Assembly (NCBI GenBank): GCA_016748015.1
Contig: JAAOMT010000496.1
Location: 2,311-29,286 of the forward strand
Length of the DNA: 26,976 bases
Source: Geosiphon pyriformis uo1
Lineage: Eukaryota > Fungi > Glomeromycota
Reading direction: 5' to 3'
Positions 10,312-20,152 of this stretch are shown here, in pieces; the first letter of the stretch is position 1, and each line of letters opens with the position of its first letter. The translations under genes and the position numbers were made by a program. Below the pieces are notes generated by a model. The model did not search any database. It saw only the letters and a list, made by a program, of their open reading frames with translations, and was not told where the DNA came from.

Positions 10312-10727
10312 GAATGCTGTTTTATGCCTGTTCTTTGGGTTCATTTCCACTTGCCAGTACTCACTGGTCAAGTCCAGTGTAGAAAACCATTTTGCTCCTC
10401 CAAAAACATTGAAGATTTCGTCAATTAATGGTATTGGGTATGAGTCTTTGGTTGTTTTGCTGTTTAGTTTGCGATAGTTGACGCAAAATCTAATTTTTCC
10501 GTTCTTTTTCCTTACTAAAACAACTGGTGAGAACTATGGGCTCATTGATGGTTGTATTATTCCTTTTTCCAACATGCTTTGGACTTCTTCTCTGATAAAA
10601 TTATGCTCCATTGGTGGGACATGGTAAGCGCGTTGTTTTTCAGATTTGGCGTTTCCAGTGGGGATTTGGTGTTGAACCAAGTTGGTTCTTCCAAATTCGC
10701 CATTTCTTGAAAATATATCAGAGTATT
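10312..10727 (-). pseudogene. pol: RT N-terminal part of element C
   Basis: FGRTNLVQHQIPTG...IIQPSMSP*FSPVVLVRKKNGKIRFCVNYRKLN...DSYPIP...FSTLDLTSEYWQV...KTAF. Confidence 0.9.
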
Positions 10728-11510
10728 TTAATTTATTGAAGTGAGTTCACAGTAGAGAGCAATTTCTGGGAAATTTAGAATTTCTTGTGGTGTTGACGCA
10801 TTTTCTAGCTCCATTCCGAGGTATCCAATGATGGTATCTTCCAGAATGTAGATGGGTTCTTCTGTGGTGTTTGCGATAGGAATTTTTATCCATTGAGCTT
10901 TATCAGCTGGAATAAAAAGGTTAGTAAGTCCTATGAGAAACTGTTGGCAAGTTTCTGGATAGGGCTCAAATATTAGGTCTTTTTCTTTAATTGTCCTTTT
11001 TATTCTTATTTCTGATTTTCCATATGGTAGAAGCGTGATGGACCGCTCATTTTTAATTACTTCGTCTTTTTCCTCTATTGTTTCAGCGAAATTTGCTTCA
11101 ATTCTTTTTCCTGTCGATCCGAAACCAAAAGTTCCTCTCATTGTTTGTGACAATTCCTCACGATTTTCCACTAGCATGAATTTCCCAATTTTTACCAATG
11201 GTAGGAAAATTGCTTGTGCAATCTTTTCCTTAGATTCAATGGTATAAGGCTTTTCTGAATTGTTCTGTAGCAAAACCATCAAATTTCCAGTGTATCCGGA
11301 GTCAATTACTCCTCCTTGAACGCTTATTCCTTTTTTCATGAGGCTTGATTGCGACACTATTTGAACTATTATTCCTGGTGGAATTTCAACCACTATTTTT
11401 AGGTCGATTTTGGTGATGCTTCTGGATGGTAACATTGTGGATTGGTCTTCCGGATAACGTAGATCGAATCCGGCGTCAGTTGGATGGGCTCTTTCAGGTA
11501 TTATTCCTAA
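10728..11510 (-). CDS. dut: dUTPase (11110-11510) followed by a second, degenerate dUTPase-like domain; in frame with gag-PR
   Basis: All five motifs are present: DAGFDL, SQSS (R to Q), GVIDSGYTG, KIAQAIF, RGTFGFGSTG. Same frame as 11766..14465 (14465-11435=3030). Confidence 0.93.
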   Translation of the reverse strand, partial: LGIIPERAHPTDAGFDLRYPEDQSTMLPSRSITKIDLKIVVEIPPGIIVQIVSQSSLMKKGISVQGGVIDSGYTGNLMVLLQNNSEKPYTIESKEKIAQAIFLPLVKIGKFMLVENREELSQTMRGTFGFGSTGKRIEANFAETIEEKDEVIKNERSITLLPYGKSEIRIKRTIKEKDLIFEPYPETCQQFLIGLTNLFIPADKAQWIKIPIANTTEEPIYILEDTIIGYLGMELENASTPQEILNFPEIALYCELTSIN

Positions 11511-11765
11511 GTGCCCGTTGTCAAAGTATTAAATGTTGGTCACCTGTTCTAGGTCGGTATAGACTACAAATTTTTCTGACTCAAGACCATCAGGTGAGTC
11601 TTGTTGATTTATTGATTGATTTTAAGACTGCTGATTCTCAATTTCCATTTTTCTTTCTAAGTTCCTTTCATCTTGACACTTTTCACAGCACTGATTTTGG
11701 CACGGGATGAGACAGTTTTCGCAGAGGTAAGTGTTGATTTGGGCGAGGTATTGTTCTTGCTCTTG

Positions 11766-14465
11766 TCAAGTGGGGCATAGTTGTTGGTAGTAGTCCTGGA
11801 ATTTGTCCACTGGGTTGAACATGTTGTAGCTGGTGACTTCATCGGCTACTTCGGCTGACTCTTTCCAACATCGTATTTCTTCGGCGGTTCCTTCTCTTAC
11901 TTTGGCTTGTGCGGTATTGTACAACTCATCCTCGTTGTGTGGGTAGTGCTGTAGTCTTTTTAACGCTCTGTTGAACGCTGCTTCGAATGGCATTTCTCCT
12001 CTTACCCAGTCACAGATGAGGATCGTGTATTGGCAAGTTGCGTCACACGTTTCTCCTCTGCCTGGTAAGTTGTTCCAGTTGCACCCTCTTGATAACGGTT
12101 CTCCACAAGCGAGGCACAGTTCCTCGTCCCATTTTCCATGTCTTTCTGGGTAACCGTATTTTTCTTTGTTACAATGGTTACAATAGTAGTGGGTGGGGTT
12201 TTTTGGGTCTTTGTCTGGTGCGCTGCACGCAGTCATAGACGAGAGTTTCTTCTTACAAACTGAGCATTCTAGCTTTGGTCTGCGTCGCTGGTGGTTTCTT
12301 CGTGAACTTACCTGGTTCCATTCGGATCTTTCTTCACTGGTCCACATTGGTACAGCTGGTAGTCCTGTTCTTTGGTCATCAGCCCAAGAGAGCTGATAGG
12401 TTTCGATGGCTGGTAGTGCTAGATTTTCCTCAAATTCAAAGGTAGGTCTTTGGTTGGCACTGGGTTTTTGGAAGTGGCCACAGGTGGCTGGAATTTTGGC
12501 CTGGTGGCCATTATAATTGATCAGAAGCTCTTGGGTGGTCCAGTTTAGGGTGGCGTTGGCTTTTGTTAGCCAGTCATTCCCTACTAACACTTGATATTGT
12601 GTAGCGTCTATTACTAATACTTTTGTAGGTATTACTATGCCATTAATTTCGAAAAGGAATGAGTCGATTTCGCCATGAAGCAGCTTTGTACTTCTATCGG
12701 CTGTTATGATTTGGGACGTCGCGGCACGATCAACTTTGAAACCCAGTTGGTTTACTAGTTGAAGTGTTACGATGCTTCCAGCGGATCCACTGTCTAAGAT
12801 AAGTTTGATTGGGGTATTATTTACAGTGGCTTCCATATACATAGCAGTGATTGGGCGTTTTTCGTCCAATGCTGCTTCACTGAACATAGTCTCGTTTTCC
12901 TCTAATTTAAAAGGAAAAATAGCTGCGAGGCTGCTATCTTCGGTGGTAACTGCTGGTGGTATTGTCTGGCTCAATTTGGAGGAATTCTTGGTTCTGTTTA
13001 TGTTTCTACTGTCATTGTTTCCAATGATCAGGTTTTCCGGTATATTAAGGTAAGTTTGTTGATAATTTTGGTAGTTTGGATTGGTTTGCTGATTGGTTTG
13101 CTGATTGGTTCCGGCATGGTTTGGATTCCTCTGGACCAATGTGTTATGGTTCCACATGGGCTGATTTCGGGCCTCAGAATGCCAATTCGGGTTGGCTATC
13201 ATGGGCTGTTGCTGGTAAGCTCCTTGATTTTGATATGTGGTGGGATATTGGCGTGGTATTGGCGTGTACTGGTTTCTGGGCATTTGGGGTGGCACGTAGT
13301 AATTATTTTCACATGCTTCCTGCATCATTCGCGTTCGACATTGACTAATCAAATGTCCTATGCGTTTGCAAAAATGGCAGGCGCGTGTTTCTGTTCTGAA
13401 TTCCTGGCACAACGAGCGATTATTTCGACTGTCGCTGACTTTCTGGCTGCGTCTTTGGGGTGGTTGGTATGTATTTTTTCTCGGATCCGGGATGAGGTAA
13501 CTTTTTATTTTCTTAGAGAGTTCCTCCCCTAATCGTGTTACTCTTTTTTCTAATGTTTCTGTCTTATTTTTCTCCATTACCATGTTAACCATTTGACTAT
13601 GGTTAGCTTCTTTCTCAGCCGATTCAAGGGCTCTGGCAAGTGTAACGGCTTCTGGTAAGGAATTAGGATGGGCAGGGCATACTCTTCCTAAAATGCTGCT
13701 TTTTAATCCTCTAATAAACTGATTTAAAACCTGAGGATCAGTGTAGTATCCTTGTTCAATCACTTCAATCTGATGGCAAATTCGATTGAATTGAGCAAGA
13801 TATTGGGTGACAGTTTCACCAGTATTTTGCTTGATAGTATTGAATTTGTTCTGTAGTTGGATTACAGCGTTTGGGTCGCTAAAATACTCCAGAAGTGCAT
13901 TTTTAAATTCGGCGAAGCTCGTGGGTTTTGTTTCCAGGCTTTGATACCACGAGTCGGCTGTGCCTTTCAGGAAGAAAGGTAATGTTTGAATTGCTCTTTG
14001 GTCGTTCCAGTTATTTGCCTGGATGGCTTTTTGTGCTTCTCTGAGCCATGTGTGCACGTCCGTTTCTTCTTCCTTTCCTGAGAAATCTGTTAGTCTTGCA
14101 ATGTATGGTGTGGTCATTTTGTTGCCGTTTTCTGCTGGTGGGTTTATTAGTCTAAGAGGAGGTGGGATGATATTTCCTTGAGCGTTCCTAAAGGTGGCTT
14201 CCCTTATATCCGGTTCTTCCTCTTGATCATGAGTTTCTTGGTTTCTGGACTGGCTGCTTGTTCCAGTGACTGGTCTTGTGATTGTTTTTTCGCTGGTCTC
14301 TTTTTCAGATTCTGATTCAGACTCCTCTTCACGGTTTTCAAACCCCGTTCTAAATTTTGGCTGAAAAAGAGGGTTTTGGAATAGTGATGAATATCCTCCT
14401 GTAATTGGTATGTCTCCCCAGTTACGTTGTTTAATTTTATCAATATAACTAGGAGTTCTTGGCAT
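11766..14465 (-). CDS. gag: Gag-protease-Cys-rich portion (899 aa) of the single gag-pol polyprotein of element C
   Basis: Capsid-like FLKGTADSWYQ...QFIRGL, knuckle CHFCKRIGHLISQC, protease LILDSGSAGSIV...LVGNDWL, then CxxC-rich module. Ends at a probable CGA-to-TGA stop. Confidence 0.95.
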   Translation of the reverse strand: MPRTPSYIDKIKQRNWGDIPITGGYSSLFQNPLFQPKFRTGFENREEESESESEKETSEKTITRPVTGTSSQSRNQETHDQEEEPDIREATFRNAQGNIIPPPLRLINPPAENGNKMTTPYIARLTDFSGKEEETDVHTWLREAQKAIQANNWNDQRAIQTLPFFLKGTADSWYQSLETKPTSFAEFKNALLEYFSDPNAVIQLQNKFNTIKQNTGETVTQYLAQFNRICHQIEVIEQGYYTDPQVLNQFIRGLKSSILGRVCPAHPNSLPEAVTLARALESAEKEANHSQMVNMVMEKNKTETLEKRVTRLGEELSKKIKSYLIPDPRKNTYQPPQRRSQKVSDSRNNRSLCQEFRTETRACHFCKRIGHLISQCRTRMMQEACENNYYVPPQMPRNQYTPIPRQYPTTYQNQGAYQQQPMIANPNWHSEARNQPMWNHNTLVQRNPNHAGTNQQTNQQTNPNYQNYQQTYLNIPENLIIGNNDSRNINRTKNSSKLSQTIPPAVTTEDSSLAAIFPFKLEENETMFSEAALDEKRPITAMYMEATVNNTPIKLILDSGSAGSIVTLQLVNQLGFKVDRAATSQIITADRSTKLLHGEIDSFLFEINGIVIPTKVLVIDATQYQVLVGNDWLTKANATLNWTTQELLINYNGHQAKIPATCGHFQKPSANQRPTFEFEENLALPAIETYQLSWADDQRTGLPAVPMWTSEERSEWNQVSSRRNHQRRRPKLECSVCKKKLSSMTACSAPDKDPKNPTHYYCNHCNKEKYGYPERHGKWDEELCLACGEPLSRGCNWNNLPGRGETCDATCQYTILICDWVRGEMPFEAAFNRALKRLQHYPHNEDELYNTAQAKVREGTAEEIRCWKESAEVADEVTSYNMFNPVDKFQDYYQQLCPT

Positions 14466-14603
14466 TTGTGGAGTTGATGTTGATGATGATGCAGCTCCTA
14501 ATGGAATTTGTATCTTATTTTCTGGTGAAAAATGGTATAATTTATCTTCTGGTGAATAAATACGTTGTTTTTTTATTGATTGAGTGACAGTTTTCTTTGG
14601 CGT

Positions 14604-14996
14604 TTAAGCTGGTGTTCTTAGTTTTTGCTGGTTACTTTCCTGATTAGTTTCTAAATTTTCTTTGGTTTTGTTGGCGCGTTCCCTAGTGTTTCCTGTGAAT
14701 ATTGGAAAATTTTTGTTGGCGTATTGCTCAATTTCTCGATGGATTTTGACAATAGTTGCGGCTATTACTGCTACTTCTTTTGTAGTGTATTGTGATAATT
14801 CTCTATACAATCCAAGTTTTGCGTCGTGTGGTTCTTCTTCCTTTCCTATATGATAATTTATTCTGGCATTAATATAATAAGTGAGGGCAGATTCTGCTGA
14901 ACAACACCCTTCTGGTAATCCAAGATCACTCTGATTTTGTGTGTAAATAGCACAGCAGAATTCAAGAACAGTAAGATTAGGGGTTTTTGTCACCAC
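14604..14996 (-). pseudogene. gag: N-terminal helical domain of Gag, element C
   Basis: In frame with 11766..14465 (offset 531). Aligns with B's 3326..3841 (AESALTYYINARI vs TESAFNFYINDKI; LYRELSQYT vs FYTELFQHT). Confidence 0.8.
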
Positions 14997-15060
14997 TTTT
15001 GTCTTTTCCTTTTTAGCAATGAATTATTGCTAATTATTATTTCCTTTTTGATTTTCTTTC

Positions 15061-15076
15061 CTCATAGGGTTCACCA
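15061..15076 (-). promoter_or_regulatory. Primer-binding site of element C (TGGTGAACCCTATGAG)
   Basis: Follows ...CGTAACA-TT on the minus strand; 13/16 identical to B's PBS. Confidence 0.85.
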
Positions 15077-15078
15077 AA

Positions 15079-15948
15079 TGTTACGGGATAGTTTTCTTGT
15101 TATATTTAATTGCTGATATTTTGCTTTAATTGCAATCAGTCTTTCATGAGTTTCTCAATTCTATTTGTGTAATAATGTCACTGTTATATTAAAGGCTTTC
15201 TTTTTACTGTTGTGATGTAAGTTATTCTTTAATTCTTGATTGTTGTGTGTGTTTATGTACTTCTTCTCAGAGGCTGAACTGAAATCTACCCACTGTCTGG
15301 GGTCTTCTCTGAGGCTATCCTTGCAATTGCCTGATGTGTTTCTCTAATTTAGAAACACAGAATGTTAATGGTTTTTAGCGCTTTTCTAATTCTTACAATA
15401 AAGCTTTTATCAATTAGTAACAATGTGAATAATCTTGATCAAGGATTATTCTTCCAAGAGATTCAGTTGATGAATGATAGTTTCATTCAATAAATAATAC
15501 AAGTAAGGTTTCTTAATACTTTGGGTTGTGATAGTTCTGTTTTAAATATTCTTTTTCATTTCTTTTTGATTTTTAAAAGTTTCTTGGGATATTTAATTTG
15601 AAAGTATGATTTAAAGTGGAGTTTGTTGGATAAAATTGGATCTGTTGCTTGATAAGTTATGATTTTTTATTACTTGATTGATTATTTCTCAATATTAAAA
15701 CTACTGTATATATACATGTTTGTAGTTCTACGAGAAAATACTTTCTTTTTGATATTTCAACCTGGTGTTTGCTGCTATTACCAGTTGGTGTTGGCTGCTA
15801 TTGTGAACTGGTGCTTGCCACTATTGCAAAATGGTGTTTGCTACTATGTTAATCATTACCTTTCTAAGATTATTACTGTGCTATATTATGATTGAATAGT
15901 TTGTATTATTTTTATGATTCTTTTTTGCTAAATTCTTAAACCATAACA
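15079..15948 (-). repeat. 5' LTR of element C (870 bp)
   Basis: Direct repeat of 6457-7324, with the PBS on the inner side and TSD ACAT on the outer side. Confidence 0.96.
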
Positions 15949-15952
15949 ACAT

Positions 15953-16580
15953 ACTACTCAAATGCAAAGATTGTGAAAAGAAACTCTCTTCCATGGAAGC
16001 TTGGGTCGCATTAGACAAAAATCACTGGATGCAAACCCACTATTATTGCAAGTCTTGCCACCACAAACAATATGGCTATCCAAAAAAACAAGACAAGTGG
16101 GACAACAAACCATGTCTTGCTTGCAGCAAACAGTTGCTCAACGAAGGAATGTGAAACAACATTCCTGGTCGAAGAGGAATGTGTGACACTTCCTGCCAGT
16201 ACATGATCCTCATCAGCAACTGGGTAAGTCATGGTATGCCAATAATTGCTGCTTGGCACTGAGTAATCTCTCGCCTGGACGGATATCTACACAATGAAAA
16301 CGAGATCTAGTGGATAGCAAACGCCAAAGTAGGAGGCACCATGCCCAGCAAAATCTTGGAAATCAAGAACAATCCTCCAAAACCAGTCAACATTATCTTA
16401 GTTCCCAACCCAGATGCTTTCTTTGATATTGAGACCAACCCAGAAAACTTCTACAAACATTATCAAAATTTAGTACTGACCAGAGAAAAACAGGAAGAGT
16501 GGTTAGCATAGCTAAACACTTGATTATGTGACTACTGTTTGATCCCATATGACTTTCAATATTGTAATGAGTGTGACCTC
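15953..16580 (+). pseudogene. Cys-rich zinc-finger module of element B
   Basis: CKDCEKKLSSM...HYYCKSC...CLAC...CDTSCQY...CDYCLIPYDFQYCNEC, with stops. Confidence 0.82.
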
Positions 16581-16858
16581 ATTTACAATCCACCAATCCG
16601 CATAATCTACACAATCCCAGAGGAAGAGGAACCAATCAGCAGCTGCACATCAGAATCAGAATCACTGTTCAATCCCAATTCAAACTCCAACAATGATGAT
16701 GATGAAAACACCAGTTCCAGCTTCATTCAAAATAGTGATAACAACGACAATGATTCAAACTCTGATTCAAACTCTGATTTAAAATATGAACAATATATCA
16801 CAATCCCTGACCTGACCAGAGATTTGGAACTAAAATAGTTCAGCAATAATAACAAAGG

Positions 16859-17648
16859 TATTATACTAGAATGCACGCATGATACTGATGCCAGATTTGA
16901 TCTGAGATATCCAGGAAAAGATGCCATCAAATTGGAATCACATTCACACATCTGTCTTAATTTGAAAATAGCACTGGAAATTCCGACAACAACAATGGTT
17001 CAATTAGCATCTAGGAGTAGTTTAGTGAAAAGAGAGATTAATATAAGAGGAGGAATAATTGACGCAGGATATGTGAGAAATATCATTGCTATACTACAAA
17101 ATGACTTAGAAAAGACCTATATAATAGAGTCCAATAAAAAGATAGCACAGGCAATATTTTTGCTTCTGGTTAGAGTAGTTCAGTTAGTATTAGTGAAAAA
17201 GAGAGAGGAATTAGGAATAACAGTGAGAGGAATACAGGAATTTGGATCAACAGATAGAGTAGATGTACCAGTCAATATGGCAGAAAAAAAAATTGTTGAC
17301 CAAGAGGAAATTATCTCAACAGGTCAAACAATTTCCATTCCACTATATGGCCAGTACATGATAGGGATAAAGCAGAAGGTAAAAGAACAGAATCAGATTT
17401 TTGAAGCAGAACCAACCCTTTATGAATCAGAAGAGATTGAACTCATCAATCTCCATATACCAGCTAAAGATTACAGCCACATCAAAATTCTCATCTACAA
17501 TAATACAAGAAATGTCATAGTAATACCAGCCAGAACCACCATTGGATACTTAAGCACTAAAATAGAGGATCAACTACCAAGCACCATTCCAGACTTTCCA
17601 CAGCTTTGTGGATATGTCAATATTATATCACAAACAATATATGGATGA
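16859..17648 (+). pseudogene. dut: dUTPase plus dUTPase-like linker of element B
   Basis: DARFDL, ASRSS, GGIIDAGY, KIAQAIF, RGIQEFGST. Confidence 0.9.
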
Positions 17649-17749
17649 AGTGAATGTTATTTGCTCCAACCAAAATAATTGGAACAAATGAACATAGAAA
17701 ACTTAGATCCATTTCAACATATGCAACTTAAAATATTGCTCAACAATTT

Positions 17750-20090
17750 CAACAACATTTTTGCCAGCGAAAACAAGTTTGGCTGAACTGATATTATCCA
17801 GCATCAGATCAAGACTGGAAATACAATGCCAATTAAACAAAGAGCATACAGAGTACCACCAGCTAGCCACGAGATTATCTGTCAAGAGATAAACTGAATG
17901 CTTGACAATGGGCTAATTCAGCCATCAATGAGCCCATAATCATTACCAGTAGTACTTGTCTGGAAAAAGAATGGGAAAATCTGCTTTTGTGTGGATTATA
18001 GAAAACTCAATGAAGTAACTCATGGAGATAGCTACCCCACTCCATGGTGTTACCAGACAAAATTAGAGACATTGTTTAACATGAAATTACCCTTATAAAT
18101 CTTATCATTAATTAGCATATATTATCATTCCAAATTATCACTTATTACATTAGTAAAATATCCGAAATTATCATTTAATTAATAACCTAATTTGTACATA
18201 ACACAAATATAACCTAATTGCAATGATCAATCATGCAATACCCCGAACTATATAATATTCAAAAAGTTTGCTGAAATTGTAAGAAATTCGCCAAAATAAT
18301 TGATAATTTGCCAAAATATCTAATAGTTCACAGAAATAACTTGTAGTTCGCCAAAATGTATCTTTAGTTCAGTGAAATTATAGAAAATAGCAAAGTTCAA
18401 GTTCATAGAATAGTGTTACAACAAGTTGTATAAAAGAAGAGCTTTTCTCTTCTGGAAAATATATCTTACTTTAGATTTATTACTTAGAACTATTCCTACA
18501 TACACAAAAAGAAATAAATATTAAATAATTCAAAAAAAAAAAAAAAAAAAACCAAACTCTTTAAATTATTGTACTTGGAAAATCTTCAAAAACCCAACTA
18601 ACATTTTGAAATTGATTAGCTACCAATTTCAATAAACTGTTAGTGACTCTAGGCCTGGATAGAAAACGTTTCCCTTGATAAAATTCTATTTCTTTTATAT
18701 TTCTTTTATTTTTATTTTTTTTTTCTTATTACAATCATTAGAGTAGCCTACAGACAAGATTCCTGTAGAAGAGTTGACTTTCACAGCAAAGTAACTACAC
18801 ATTTTAGTGAGCTTCCAGATGAGCAATTCCTGGGAAAGAGTTGACGTTTACTACAACGTAACTACATAAAGTAACTGGCACGGAATTGGCCATTCCACTC
18901 ATAAGCCCAGCAAGTTCAAATTATAGGAGATAATTTGAAGATAAATTCAGTTACTGGAGGTCCAACTACTTCCAGAAAACGTAAATTCACAACAAACAGA
19001 CATTAACAACATTCAAGAAAAGAGACCAAAAATCTCCAGTAACAATGGATCCAAGAATTATTCAACACTTTTGGTGGAAACAAATAGTTTTCAACATTAA
19101 ACCTGAACAGTGGTTACTGACAAGTAGCCATGGATCCAACCGACAAAGAAAAGATGGCATTCACCACCAGAGAAAGGAATTTTGAATTTGAAGTAATGCC
19201 ATTTGGTTTAACCAATACACCAGCCACTTTCCAATGACTAATAAAAATTGTTTATACTGGCTTATTATGGAAATTAGTAGTTGTATACTTGGACAACACC
19301 AATGTATTCTCAAAAACATTTGATAATCATCTTCATTATTTTCAACAAGTGTTCAAAAGACTAAAAAGAGCAGGACTAAAGTTAAATGCAACAAAGTGTT
19401 TTTTTGACAAGACAGAACTAAAATTCTTGGGACACATAGTCAGCAAAGATGACATCAAAATTGATTAAGAGAAAATAAAGATAGTAAAGAACTTTTCAGT
19501 GCTGACCAATATAACAGAACTGAAATCATTCTTGGGATTTGCCAGCTACTATTGATGTTTTATCAAAAACTTTTCTAAGATAGCACAGCCACTCAACTAA
19601 CTGCAAACCAAGAATACAAAATATGAATGGACAGAAAGTCAATAAGAAGCTTTTGATATTCTGAAAAGAAAGCTCATTCAAGCTCCAGTACTGATCTATT
19701 CAGATCACAGCAAATCATTCATCATCACCACTGATGCATCCGGCCAAGCATTGGGAGCAGTACTATCTCAGAGAGGACCAGATGGCAGAGAACATTCAGT
19801 AGCATATATCAGCAGAGGTTTAACACCAGTTGAAAAGAACTATGGAACACTGGAACAAGAACACTTAGTAATATACTGGGCAGTCATGAAATGGAAAAAA
19901 TACTTAAGCCAGAAGTTTGAAGTATACACAAATCACAAAGGATTAACATTACTTCAAAAACAAAAATTTGGAGATGGAAGACAGTCAAAATGAAAAATGG
20001 CACTTGCACTATATAATTATACTATACATTATAAAAAAGGGAAAAGACAACAGAAATGCTGACAGTTTGTCATAAATAAGACAAATCTAA
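17750..20090 (+). pseudogene. pol: RT-RNase H of element B, interrupted by the solo LTR and ending NADSLS*IRQI*
   Basis: [58 protein letters not shown]; many stops. Confidence 0.92.
18048..19044 (+). mobile_element. Solo LTR (997 bp) of a third family, 4-bp TSD ATGG
   Basis: TGTTAC...GTAACA termini with ATGG at 18044-18047 and 19045-19048. Excision restores the RT sequence seen uninterrupted near 24510-24530. Repeat array 18264-18380, then TATAAAA at 18429. Confidence 0.93.
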
Positions 20091-20152
20091 GAATATTTCA
20101 ACCCAAAAATATAACAAAAACCAGAACAATACCAATAAAAATATAACAAAAA

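Larger units (their letters stand above)
6457..15948 (-). mobile_element. Element C: near full-length Ty3/gypsy LTR retrotransposon with dUTPase, separate integrase ORF and an extra 3' ORF
   Basis: Two ~96% identical LTRs with TGTTACGG...TAACA ends, 4-bp TSD, PBS at 15061-15076, PPT at 7325-7339, and gag-PR-RT-RH-INT order on the minus strand. Confidence 0.96.

Noticed and set aside
16620-16790. Acidic N/D/S-rich low-complexity segment before dUTPase
   Set aside because: A variable linker in A, B and D that is absent in C; no evidence of a distinct function.
18532-18551. A20 tract as the tail of a retroposed insert
   Set aside because: No flanking TSD or recognisable body; it lies in the transcribed part of the solo LTR.
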